NCBI GenBank assembly: GCA_049511095.1
Contig: JBEKYJ010000002.1
Location: 1 to 48,953 of the forward strand
Origin: Verrucomicrobiia bacterium
Lineage (GTDB): Bacteria > Verrucomicrobiota > Verrucomicrobiia > Palsa-1439
Reading direction: 5' to 3'
Length of the DNA: 48,953 bases
The notes below the pieces were generated by a model. The model was given only the letters and a program-made list of their open reading frames with translations, ran no database searches and was not told where the DNA came from. A program made the translations under genes and the position numbers. Within the stretch, counting starts at the first letter, position 1. Each line of letters starts with the position of its first letter. Below, piece after piece: positions 37,091 to 45,910 of this stretch.

Positions 37091-39925
37091 CTACGGCGCC
37101 AAACGCACTCGGTAGTAACCGGCCGGGAAATTGGTCACCGCGCCCATGTCGAGATAGTTCCTGAGGCCGCCAACCGCGTCGGTGACAACGAAGATGTCGA
37201 CGAAGTTATTGGAATAACTGCCGCCATTGCCCCCCACAAAGCGCTGTAGGGCGTTGGTTTTGGCTGCAGCCGCCTGCCACGTGACGCGGATGTCGTTGCC
37301 TTCTCTCGTGATCGTCTTGATGTCGGCAACCGGGTTGCTGCCTGCCAGGAATTCCTGCAAATTGCTCATACCATCTCCGTCGGGGTCCTCACTGGCGACG
37401 TTCGGATCAAGTGGATCGAGGCCGTACTGCTGTTTCCATCCATTCGGGATTCCATCGCCGACCGCGCTCAGATTCGGGTCGAGAACGACGCTGCCGACAA
37501 TTAACGTGCCGCCATTGCGAATAAACAGGCCGCAGGCGTTCGTCATCACCAGCCTGTCCACTTGCAGCACACCACCGTTGAGAATCAATTGTCCGTTCCG
37601 CACCTCCAGCACGGCGTCGTGCGTCGCGTTGGTGACGATCACGCTGCCGCTGTTCAATTGAACCAGATTGTCGCAACCGGGTGAGTTATCCCCCAAGGAG
37701 GCTGACGGTTGGCGGGAAACGGATTGAGCCACTTCGACGGAACTGGCCTGCTGAACACCAATGACAACATCTGTGGCGAGAACAGATCCGCCGTCGACGA
37801 CGAGCGAGTTGGCTGATCCCATTTCGCCGATGTGCAGGACATTGTTCCACCATACGGCGCCAGCGCCCACCCACACGCTGTTCTCGCTGCTGCCGGAGTC
37901 GTAGCCCACGTAACCGAAATCGTCGGCTACCTGGCCTCCATCGTCGATCGCCAGGCTGTCGCCCACGCCATACCAGCCGACATAAAGGTCCGCACTGTTG
38001 TTCCACGTTGAGCCCGGCCCCGTCACCACCACGCTATTGTTGTCGGCCCCCCAACCGCCCACGTAAGCATTTCTGTTGACCCCCTGGGCGCCGTTGCTGA
38101 TCACCAAACTGTTCGCCGTGCCATTCCACCCGACGTACACAGCGCCGCTATTGCTCCAGACCGAGCCGGTGTCCGTGACCAGCAGGCTATTGCTGGTGCT
38201 GCCGTCCCACGCGCCGACCCAGATGCCACTGCTGATCAATTCACCGGCGTTATTGATCACCACGCTGTTGCTCCCGCCGCCGTAGCCGATGAACACCATG
38301 CCACCGCTACTGGTCCACACGGAGCCGGGACCGGTGACGAGGACGCGGTTGCCACTGGACTCGCCACCCAGATAATCATAGTAGTCGCCGCCGGGGAAAC
38401 TAAACATTTGGCCGCCATTGCTGATCACCACGCTGTTGCCCCCGCCGTCCCAACCCACAGTCAGGCCCCCGCGATTGCTCCAAACCGAACTCGTGTCGGT
38501 GACCAACACACAGTTGTTGCTGCTGCTGGAACCGCCGCCCATCCTGCCGATGACATCGATCAACTCGCCGCCGTTGCTGATCACCAAACTGTTGCCCGCG
38601 CCAGAACTGCCGATGTCCAGCCAGTAGCCGGCATCCCACACCGAGCCGGGATCGGTAATCAGCACGCTGTTGCCGCTGCTGTTGCCGTCGTCGCCCACAG
38701 TAGCGCCGCCGCTGGCCACCTGCCCGCCCTCGCTGATCACCAAGCCGTTGCCCGCGCCAAGGGAGCCGACGTACAGATTGTTGTTATTGCTCCAGACGGA
38801 ACCGCTTCCCGTGACCAACACGCTGTTGCCGCTGCTGCTGGGGGAGCCGCCGATGAAGCCGGAACTGTCCACCACTTCGCCACCGTTACGGATCACCATC
38901 GTGTTGCCGGCACCAGCATCTTCGTCGTAGCTCCATTCCGAGCCGCCGATAAACAAGTCCCGGTCGCTGCTCCAGAGGGAGTTCGTATCGGCAACCACCA
39001 CGTTGTTGTTGCTGCTGCCGGGGTAGTAACCGACGCTAGCGAAGGTATTGAATACCTGTCCTCCATCGCTGATCACCAGGCTGTTACCCGCGCCAGAACT
39101 GCCGACGTAGATTTCGCCGACGGCGTCGCCGATGGTTGTATAACTCACGACCGACCCCGGGCCGGTGACCAGCACGCTGTTGTTGCTGCTGCTGTCAGAC
39201 CAGCCCCCAATAACGAAGTAAGCCGAACTCATCTTCCCGCCGTTACTGATCACAAGGCTGTTGCCCGCGCCAGAACTGCCGACGTACATGGCGAAGGTGT
39301 TGCTCCATGCCGAACCTGAACCGGTGACCAGTGCGCTGTTGTTGCCGCTGTTGGAGTCCACGCCCAATTCAGAGGAATAGCCGGACACAAAGGCACCATC
39401 GCTGACCACGAGGCTGTTGCGCGAGCCGTCCCAGCCGACAGACACGTCGGAGACGTTCATCCAGACCGAGCCGGGGCCGGTGACCAGCACGCTGTTGTTG
39501 CTGCTGCCGGAGGAATAGCCCAGGTAACCGTCGCCGCTGACAATTTTGCCGCCATCGCCGATCACCAAGCTGTTGCCCGCCCCTAGATTGCCAACGACCA
39601 AATCATTACCGTCGACCGGGATCGAGAGATCGGTGAAATTCTTCCAGACCGAGCCGGGACCGATGACCAAAACGTCGTTGTTACTGCTGCTAACCTCGTA
39701 GCCCACATAGCCGTACCCGTTGGATAGCACGCCGCCGTCAAAAATCAGGAGTACGTCGGCGAACGTGTTGGAGCCGACAAGGTAGTCGCCCGACCAGTTG
39801 CTGGCCACGCCGCTGATGATGTTGGCTTGATAGTCGGCGGTGTACTGCGCCTGGATTGGTTGGGGTCCGAGAACGATTATGGCAAAAATTCCCCCGATTA
39901 GAGAACCGTGCAGCTTGTGATGCAT
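37091..39925 (-). CDS. Large secreted beta-helical repeat protein (T5SS/PEP-CTERM-associated-repeat-like) with DxDxDG tail
   Basis: Signal peptide; more than ten ~43-50 aa repeats (VG..GAGNSLVISNGG...SSNNSVLVTGPGSVW); DPDGDGMSNLQEFLAGSNP; ends YYRVRLAP. Confidence 0.88.
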   Translation of the reverse strand: MHHKLHGSLIGGIFAIIVLGPQPIQAQYTADYQANIISGVASNWSGDYLVGSNTFADVLLIFDGGVLSNGYGYVGYEVSSSNNDVLVIGPGSVWKNFTDLSIPVDGNDLVVGNLGAGNSLVIGDGGKIVSGDGYLGYSSGSSNNSVLVTGPGSVWMNVSDVSVGWDGSRNSLVVSDGAFVSGYSSELGVDSNSGNNSALVTGSGSAWSNTFAMYVGSSGAGNSLVISNGGKMSSAYFVIGGWSDSSSNNSVLVTGPGSVVSYTTIGDAVGEIYVGSSGAGNSLVISDGGQVFNTFASVGYYPGSSNNNVVVADTNSLWSSDRDLFIGGSEWSYDEDAGAGNTMVIRNGGEVVDSSGFIGGSPSSSGNSVLVTGSGSVWSNNNNLYVGSLGAGNGLVISEGGQVASGGATVGDDGNSSGNSVLITDPGSVWDAGYWLDIGSSGAGNSLVISNGGELIDVIGRMGGGSSSSNNCVLVTDTSSVWSNRGGLTVGWDGGGNSVVISNGGQMFSFPGGDYYDYLGGESSGNRVLVTGPGSVWTSSGGMVFIGYGGGSNSVVINNAGELISSGIWVGAWDGSTSNSLLVTDTGSVWSNSGAVYVGWNGTANSLVISNGAQGVNRNAYVGGWGADNNSVVVTGPGSTWNNSADLYVGWYGVGDSLAIDDGGQVADDFGYVGYDSGSSENSVWVGAGAVWWNNVLHIGEMGSANSLVVDGGSVLATDVVIGVQQASSVEVAQSVSRQPSASLGDNSPGCDNLVQLNSGSVIVTNATHDAVLEVRNGQLILNGGVLQVDRLVMTNACGLFIRNGGTLIVGSVVLDPNLSAVGDGIPNGWKQQYGLDPLDPNVASEDPDGDGMSNLQEFLAGSNPVADIKTITREGNDIRVTWQAAAAKTNALQRFVGGNGGSYSNNFVDIFVVTDAVGGLRNYLDMGAVTNFPAGYYRVRLAP

Positions 39926-40150
39926 GAGCTTCCCTCAATCCGTTGACGGGCAGACTTCCTACGCGGTGAAATCAGTTCCTAGCGCGTGGCCATGGTAGTC
40001 CCGCGCCCGCTCCAAATACAAGCAAAAACGCCCCTTGGTCTGGAAGCCAATACCGGGCCTGTTCGCGATTCGAACTGCCGACGACCGTACTCGACGTGGG
40101 AGAGGCCGATGGGTCAGGGCGGCAAACCGCCGCTTCAGCCGAGGATGTGG

Positions 40151-40954
40151 TTATGACGGCGGGAGGGTCTGGAGAAGCTTTTGCGCTTCGGCCTTCCACT
40201 GGCCGCTCTCGAATTGCTGGTCTGGCCACGGCTCTGCCTCCAGGACTTTGCGAAGAGCCGTCTTTGCCTCTTCCGCCCGGCCATTGTCGCGAAGCGCCTC
40301 GGCCAGATACAGATAATTTTCCGGGTAATCGGGAAACAGTTCCACCGCGCGCTGCAGTAACTTCAGCCCTTTGCGCGGGCTGCCGATGCTCGCCGGCGGC
40401 AACGGCGTCCGCAGATGCAGGATTCCCAGCACCCGCAACGGTCCTCCCAGATCATAGCGCTCGTCCAACTCGATGGCCCGCTTCAGCGCCGCCTCCATCT
40501 CGCCGACGGCATCCAGCCCATACGAACGATCCACGTCGGCCAACAGTCCGACATTGAGCGCGTACCAGTAATGACCCTCCGCACCGTCAGGCTTCAACTC
40601 GCGCGCGCGCCGCGCGAAGATAATCCCGCGTCGGGCCGATTCGCGGCGGGATTCCGGGCGCGTCTCATTCTCGGCCAGAAACGCCAGCGCTTGCGCCGCC
40701 TGCCACTGCGCCCCGTAATCGTCGCGCAACGTGTGCGCCGCTTGTTCGAGTTGGCGCGCCGCGTCGGTTATGGTTCCCAGCGTTCGCGGCTGCTGATTGT
40801 ACAGCGCCAATCCTTCCACACGCAGCTCTTGCGCTTCCGCCGCCGTCAACTCCTGCGATTGCCTCGGATCGACCCGCACGTTTCGGATCGATCGGCAACC
40901 GCACGCTACCACGACCAACGCGCCCAGCAACACCACCGCACCCCTACTTCCCAT
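40151..40954 (-). CDS. TPR lipoprotein, TatT/BstC-like
   Basis: Lipobox ACGC; GHYWYALNVG, GGPLRVLGILHLRTP...IG, AVELFPDYPENYLYLAEAL. Confidence 0.75.
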   Translation of the reverse strand: MGSRGAVVLLGALVVVACGCRSIRNVRVDPRQSQELTAAEAQELRVEGLALYNQQPRTLGTITDAARQLEQAAHTLRDDYGAQWQAAQALAFLAENETRPESRRESARRGIIFARRARELKPDGAEGHYWYALNVGLLADVDRSYGLDAVGEMEAALKRAIELDERYDLGGPLRVLGILHLRTPLPPASIGSPRKGLKLLQRAVELFPDYPENYLYLAEALRDNGRAEEAKTALRKVLEAEPWPDQQFESGQWKAEAQKLLQTLPPS

Positions 40955-41786
40955 GGAAAAGTTTCTCCGCGTTCGTCAGCCTAGTTTGTTCGATGTCCGT
41001 GAACGACTCGACTCGGATGCTCCGCAAAATCTTTTGCCCGTCTTCGCTGCCGCTCATGTCCCTCAAAACCTGCTTCACCTTGTCGACACTCCACGCGCCA
41101 TTCTTCGGACCAAACAGCACCACCAGATCGCGCGGCAATTCGTCCGATTGATAAACCACCTTGAGCTTCCCACCCGAATCCGGGTCGTCCTTGAACATAT
41201 CCCACGCGCCCGCTTCCAGCAGCACCGCGTCCGCCGCGTTCTTGCCGCCCTCGGCCAGATCGAACACCGCGCCTTCCACGTCCAGGGTCGGCTTGAGCCG
41301 AATCTCTTCGCCGAGTTTTCCTTGGAGAACCACGCCGATGACGTATCGCTGTTCGGTCGCCAGCGGAGTCGCAACGGTCCTGCCTTCGAGCTTCGCCACG
41401 TCGTCACTCGCGTCCTTCCGCGTGACGAGCACGTAACGCTCCGCCTTCACGCCCGTGCGTTTCGTTTCCAACAACGGCTCCATACCGAGCGCTTTCGCGT
41501 ACGTCAGGTAGAATCCCGCCGTGACAATGCCCAGCGCGGGCTTGTTCTTGCCGCTGAACTCCGCCGCCTTCACGGGATCGTTCATCACATACGGCTCGAA
41601 TGCATTGGTCGTCCCCGCAACTTTCTCGCCGACATACGCCGTCAGCCCCACAACCGTCGGCCCCGCCGCTTCCTGTGTGGCAAATTTCTCGCCCGTCTTC
41701 AGAAACAGGAATGGCCGCGGACCGTCAGCCCGGCCTGCCGATGCAACGCACAACACCACTGCGAATAACTGCGCCGTTGTTCTCAT
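40944..41786 (-). CDS. PhnD/SsuA-like periplasmic binding protein, BstB-like
   Basis: Signal peptide; YVLVTRKD...LEGRTVA; ADAVLL; YQSDELP; GQKILRSIRVESF; ATGA overlap with the upstream synthase stop. Confidence 0.7.
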   Translation of the reverse strand: MRTTAQLFAVVLCVASAGRADGPRPFLFLKTGEKFATQEAAGPTVVGLTAYVGEKVAGTTNAFEPYVMNDPVKAAEFSGKNKPALGIVTAGFYLTYAKALGMEPLLETKRTGVKAERYVLVTRKDASDDVAKLEGRTVATPLATEQRYVIGVVLQGKLGEEIRLKPTLDVEGAVFDLAEGGKNAADAVLLEAGAWDMFKDDPDSGGKLKVVYQSDELPRDLVVLFGPKNGAWSVDKVKQVLRDMSGSEDGQKILRSIRVESFTDIEQTRLTNAEKLFHGK

Positions 41787-42640
41787 CCTCGACATCCCAA
41801 CCAGTTCTTGCCAACAATCCACAGTTTCTCGACGGTGGAAAGCCGAATCCGCCTATCGAACACGGCGAAGTTGCTCTCCTCGATCTTGCGTAGGATGCCT
41901 CCATAGATGGTAATCATCACCGCCAGCGTGCCGCGACTATCAGCGTCGATCATCTTGAGCAGTGGACGCGCCTTGTCATAAAAGTCACGGGCTCGTGCCG
42001 CCTCGAACTTCATCAACTCCAGAAACTGTGGCGTGGCGCGCGAGTCCATAATGTCATCTTCTGAGACGCCGAACCGACGCAAATCTTCAAGCGGCAGATA
42101 AATCCGCCCCATCTGCGCGTCCTCCTTCACGTCGCGGAGGATATTGGTAAGCTGAAACGCGATCCCGCAGGCTTCGGCGGGCACCAGCGCGGCCTCGTCT
42201 TTGTAGCCAAAAACCGGCAACACGACCAACCCGACCGCCGACGCGACGCGATAACAATACCTGTACAGCTCGTCAAACGTCGCATACCGCGTGGTCGTCT
42301 GGTCCATCTCCGTGCCGTCGAGCAGTTCGTGGAAATGGCGGAGAGGAATCCGATAGCGGCGCACGGTATCCGCGAGCGCCGGCAGGATCGGATCGTCCAC
42401 AGCGCCACCGTTCAACGCGGCGGCCACCTGTGCGCGCCACAGACGGAGACCTTCCAGCGCGACCGCCGGATTGACCGCACTGTCCGCGATGTCGTCACTG
42501 CGCCGCATGAACGCGTAGATGGCGCACATGGCGGCCCGTTTCTCGCGCGGCATGACCAGGAACGAATAATAGAAATTCTTTCCCGTCCTTCGCGCAATCC
42601 GTTCGCATACCGCGTACGACTCCTCCAGACTCACGCTCAT
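41783..42640 (-). CDS. Squalene/phytoene synthase family (HpnD/CrtB-like)
   Basis: NFYYSF, YAFMRRSDDIAD, YCYRVASAVG, GIAFQLTNILRDVKED, GRIYLP. Confidence 0.93.
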   Translation of the reverse strand: MSVSLEESYAVCERIARRTGKNFYYSFLVMPREKRAAMCAIYAFMRRSDDIADSAVNPAVALEGLRLWRAQVAAALNGGAVDDPILPALADTVRRYRIPLRHFHELLDGTEMDQTTTRYATFDELYRYCYRVASAVGLVVLPVFGYKDEAALVPAEACGIAFQLTNILRDVKEDAQMGRIYLPLEDLRRFGVSEDDIMDSRATPQFLELMKFEAARARDFYDKARPLLKMIDADSRGTLAVMITIYGGILRKIEESNFAVFDRRIRLSTVEKLWIVGKNWLGCRG

Positions 42641-42648
42641 CGCCGCAG

Positions 42649-42677
42649 ATTATGGCAACCGACCGAATCGGACGCAA
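42649..42677 (-). promoter_or_regulatory. Near-leaderless sigma70 promoter of the synthase operon
   Basis: TTGCGT-17-CATAAT-8 nt-ATG. Confidence 0.6.
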
Positions 42678-42721
42678 GATTGCTCTCGCCTCGAAAACAT
42701 TCGGGACAGGATGTCGCCCGT

Positions 42722-43675
42722 CTAAAAATGATAGCTCATGACCACCTTGAGAAGCCACGGCGCCACCACCTGATTGCCACGGAAGTCTTGGAACACGGGC
42801 ACTTCAACGTCTGCGTACACGCTCACCGGATGCATATCAACCTCGACTCCCGGAGAAAGCAGAATCCGCTGGTAGCCACTATTGGGCGTGTCCGCGTTGG
42901 CTCCGCCGTCACTGGTCCGTTCGGAACCGATTACCTGCGCCACCGGCGAGATCGTCATCCTGCCGAGGGACCAACCTTTGTAGTAGATTCCGGCGGCCGC
43001 ATCGACTTCGATGCCCGGGCGGTATTCCTCTCGCGTGGCTACCGGCAAGTCCAACTCTGCCTGGGTAAACCAGGTGAAGCCATCGATACTTCGCAGTTCT
43101 TGGCGATGGAAGCCGCCGAGAAGAATGTCCGTGCTCCCCGTCCCGAGTTCGGTGTCCCGATCGATGTCACCAAACGCATCATTGTGAGTATAGCTGCCAG
43201 TCGGCAGCTTGAAACCGAAGGTCACACCGCTGGAGAGATCCTCTGAAAACCCGGTGTAGACGCCCTTGACTCGAATGTCGCCGAGACTGGCCCAGTTTTG
43301 CGCGACGATGTTATTGCCGGAGGCGCCGCCGGTCGTCTTGAAGTATCGCTCGTCATAAGGCACTTCGACCTGAATTCCCCAACTGCGGTCGAACATGTAC
43401 TGAACCCCGAGCGTGACGAAGTGCGTCCGGATCTCCTTGTCATCATTATTCGCATCGGGTGCTGATGATGTTCCGTGCCAATTGTGGCTCTGATCCTGAT
43501 AGTCGTATTCAAGAAACACCATGCCGCCTTGGCTCTCGGGAAACATCGAGCTTGTGCCTACGTCGAAAACCCCGCATCCACAGGCGCAAGCCCAGCCCAC
43601 ACTGGGCGCCAGAACTACAGCCAACAACGATGCCAGGCCAAAGTTAGCCGGGAGATGTAATCGACAGAATCTCAT
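42722..43675 (-). CDS. Outer-membrane beta-barrel-like protein with N-terminal CACGC motif
   Basis: Signal peptide, amphipathic strands, LGDIR, KLPTG, LGTGSTD, C-terminal SYHF; alternative GTG start at 43681. Confidence 0.7.
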   Translation of the reverse strand: MRFCRLHLPANFGLASLLAVVLAPSVGWACACGCGVFDVGTSSMFPESQGGMVFLEYDYQDQSHNWHGTSSAPDANNDDKEIRTHFVTLGVQYMFDRSWGIQVEVPYDERYFKTTGGASGNNIVAQNWASLGDIRVKGVYTGFSEDLSSGVTFGFKLPTGSYTHNDAFGDIDRDTELGTGSTDILLGGFHRQELRSIDGFTWFTQAELDLPVATREEYRPGIEVDAAAGIYYKGWSLGRMTISPVAQVIGSERTSDGGANADTPNSGYQRILLSPGVEVDMHPVSVYADVEVPVFQDFRGNQVVAPWLLKVVMSYHF

Positions 43676-43695
43676 AGCCACGAGTTGCGAACCGG

Positions 43696-44589
43696 TTACT
43701 TTGACACTCTATGCCCCGAGTGCGGTTCAATATGGATCGTCACGTCCAGGACGCGCGGCAGTTTCGCGCGAATCGCGTCCTTCACCGTGTGCGACAACTC
43801 GTGCGCCACCGCCACCGTCAGCCCGCCGTCTACTTCGATGTGCATATCGAGCCAGTACCCGTGTCCCATTTTGCGGGCGAAGCATTTCTCCACGCCTTTC
43901 ACGCCTTTCACCTGTTGCGCCACCGTGCGCGCCATGTCGACGATGTTCTCCTTCGGCGCCGCGTCCATCAACTCATCCAACGCCGGTCGCAACAGCCGGA
44001 ATCCGTTGAACCCGATGATGACCGCCGCAAAAATCGCCGCCCAATCGTCCGCCGATTTGTAGGCGTCTCCGCCCACCAACGCGATACTGATGCCAAGGGC
44101 TGCCGCCGCTGACGTGATGGCGTCGCTGCGGTGATGCCACGCATCGGCTTTCACCGCGCCGCTCTCGACCTCTTCGCCAATGCGGCCTACAAAGCGAAAG
44201 AGCCCTTCCTTGATAAGAACCACGCCGAGCAGCACGAACAAAGTGTAGGGCGCCGGCGCATGATGCGGCGCGCGAATCTCTTTCACGGACTGCGCGAAAA
44301 TCATCAGCGCCGCCCCCAACAGCATGGTCGACACCGCCGCCGTGGCGAGGGTCTCGGCCTTTCCGTGCCCGTACGGGTGTTCTCGATCCGCTGGTTTCTC
44401 GGCAATCACGACGCCGCGCCAGACGATGATCGAACTGACCGCGTCCGCCATGGATTCAATCGCGTCCGCGATCAGGGCGTAGGATCTGCCAAAGATTCCG
44501 GCCAGCAGCTTGACGACCGCGAGCACGACATTCACGGATAGTCCGACGACGGTCGCCCGAACGCTGCGCTGAAGGCGGGTATGGTCCAT
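43696..44589 (-). CDS. Cation diffusion facilitator transporter (FieF-like)
   Basis: ADAIESMAD, HPYGHGKAE, DAWHHRSD, IHIEP. Confidence 0.93.
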   Translation of the reverse strand: MDHTRLQRSVRATVVGLSVNVVLAVVKLLAGIFGRSYALIADAIESMADAVSSIIVWRGVVIAEKPADREHPYGHGKAETLATAAVSTMLLGAALMIFAQSVKEIRAPHHAPAPYTLFVLLGVVLIKEGLFRFVGRIGEEVESGAVKADAWHHRSDAITSAAAALGISIALVGGDAYKSADDWAAIFAAVIIGFNGFRLLRPALDELMDAAPKENIVDMARTVAQQVKGVKGVEKCFARKMGHGYWLDMHIEVDGGLTVAVAHELSHTVKDAIRAKLPRVLDVTIHIEPHSGHRVSK

Positions 44590-44639
44590 ACTGGTGAATT
44601 TGCCTCTTTGCAGTCGCGAAGGGTCTTCGCGCAGCCGCC

Positions 44640-44665
44640 GGGCCGCGAACCAGGCTCGCGGCTAC
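44640..44665 (-). repeat. Single GTAG REP-like hairpin at the argF stop
   Basis: GTAGccgcgagcctggttcgcggcc; its TAG is the argF stop codon. Confidence 0.5.
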
Positions 44666-45567
44666 GGCTTCTTCGCCAATAGCTTCATGATCGCCTTCTG
44701 CGCATGCAATCGATTTTCCGCCTGGTCGAAGATCGTCTTACGGTGCGCTTCAAATACATCGGCCGTGATCTCTTTGCCAACATACGCGGGGAGACAATGC
44801 ATCACGAGCGCGCCCCGCTTGGCTTGTTGGAGCACCGAAGCATTCACCTGGTACGGCGCCAGAACCTTCAGCCGCTCCGCGGCTTCAGCCTCCTTACCCA
44901 TCGAAACCCATACGTCGGTATAAAGCACGTCCGCGTTCTTCGCCGCCTCACCAACGTCTTCGGTCACATGAATGTTGCCGCCGGCGCGCTTCACCCAGCT
45001 TACGCGCGGCTGAAACTGCCTGGGAGCCGCCACCCACAACTCCATTTCCATCTTCGTGGCGCCAAACAACCATGAATTGCAGACGTTGCACGCGCCGTCA
45101 CCAAAGAACACCACCTTCTTGCCCTTCAACGCGCCGAGTTTCTCCCACACGGTGAACAGGTCCGCGAGGATCTGACACGGATGCTCGTCATCCGTGAGCG
45201 CGTTGATGACGGGAATCGTCCCCGCCTCCGCGAATTGTTCGAGATCACGCTGCGCGTATGTGCGAACGATGACACCGTGGATGTATCGCGATAGCGTGCG
45301 CGCTGTGTCGGCCACTGTCTCGCCGCGCCCCATTTGGATATCGTTGGTGGATAGATACAGCGACGTGCCACCGAGTTCGCGGATGCCCACCTCAAAGCTG
45401 ACTCGCGTGCGCGTGCTGGCCTTGTTGAAAATCAATGCCCAGACTTGCCCGGTAAGCGGCTGCGGCTGTTTCGCGTTGCCCCGGCCCTTCTTGAACTGTC
45501 CGGCTAGCTTCAGGATCTCCGCAATCTCGCCGCTGGCGAGTTGCTCGATGCTAATTAAATGTTTCAT
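44662..45567 (-). CDS. argF: Ornithine carbamoyltransferase
   Basis: STRTRVSFE, HPCQILAD, YTDVWVSMG, MHCLP, QAENR. Confidence 0.96.
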   Translation of the reverse strand: MKHLISIEQLASGEIAEILKLAGQFKKGRGNAKQPQPLTGQVWALIFNKASTRTRVSFEVGIRELGGTSLYLSTNDIQMGRGETVADTARTLSRYIHGVIVRTYAQRDLEQFAEAGTIPVINALTDDEHPCQILADLFTVWEKLGALKGKKVVFFGDGACNVCNSWLFGATKMEMELWVAAPRQFQPRVSWVKRAGGNIHVTEDVGEAAKNADVLYTDVWVSMGKEAEAAERLKVLAPYQVNASVLQQAKRGALVMHCLPAYVGKEITADVFEAHRKTIFDQAENRLHAQKAIMKLLAKKP

Positions 45568-45591
45568 GATTCGCTGGCCCGCATTCCTCTG

Positions 45592-45909
45592 TCACAAATG
45601 TCGTCCGCTGATCCCGCTGTGACGATACTTCCCCTCCTCCACCTGCTCCAACCATCGGTTGAGCCGCGCCGCGATCTGCTCGGGCGTCTCCTTCATCAAC
45701 GCCCAGCGCACGGTCACCGTGATGCCTTCGTCGCCGACGTCCTCGACGAACAAGCTGTTCGGCTCCATATTGTGGTTCCATGTCATCAAAAACTGCTCGC
45801 TGGGCTTTTGTTCCCACTCGAAGCGCAACCGCTTCTCCTGGGATGTCCCGACGGGCAGTACCCGCTCGACATCCACCGTCTCCACACATTTGCCGACTTT
45901 GCCGTCCAT
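45592..45909 (-). CDS. Small hypothetical protein between argD and argF
   Basis: ATG 1 nt after the argD stop (alternative start 45933); fills the gap in operon orientation. Confidence 0.6.
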   Translation of the reverse strand: MDGKVGKCVETVDVERVLPVGTSQEKRLRFEWEQKPSEQFLMTWNHNMEPNSLFVEDVGDEGITVTVRWALMKETPEQIAARLNRWLEQVEEGKYRHSGISGRHL

Positions 45910-45910
45910 G

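Noticed and set aside
37091-39925. Classical autotransporter or DGR target
   Set aside because: No C-terminal beta-barrel, no reverse transcriptase and no adenine-specific TR/VR pair.
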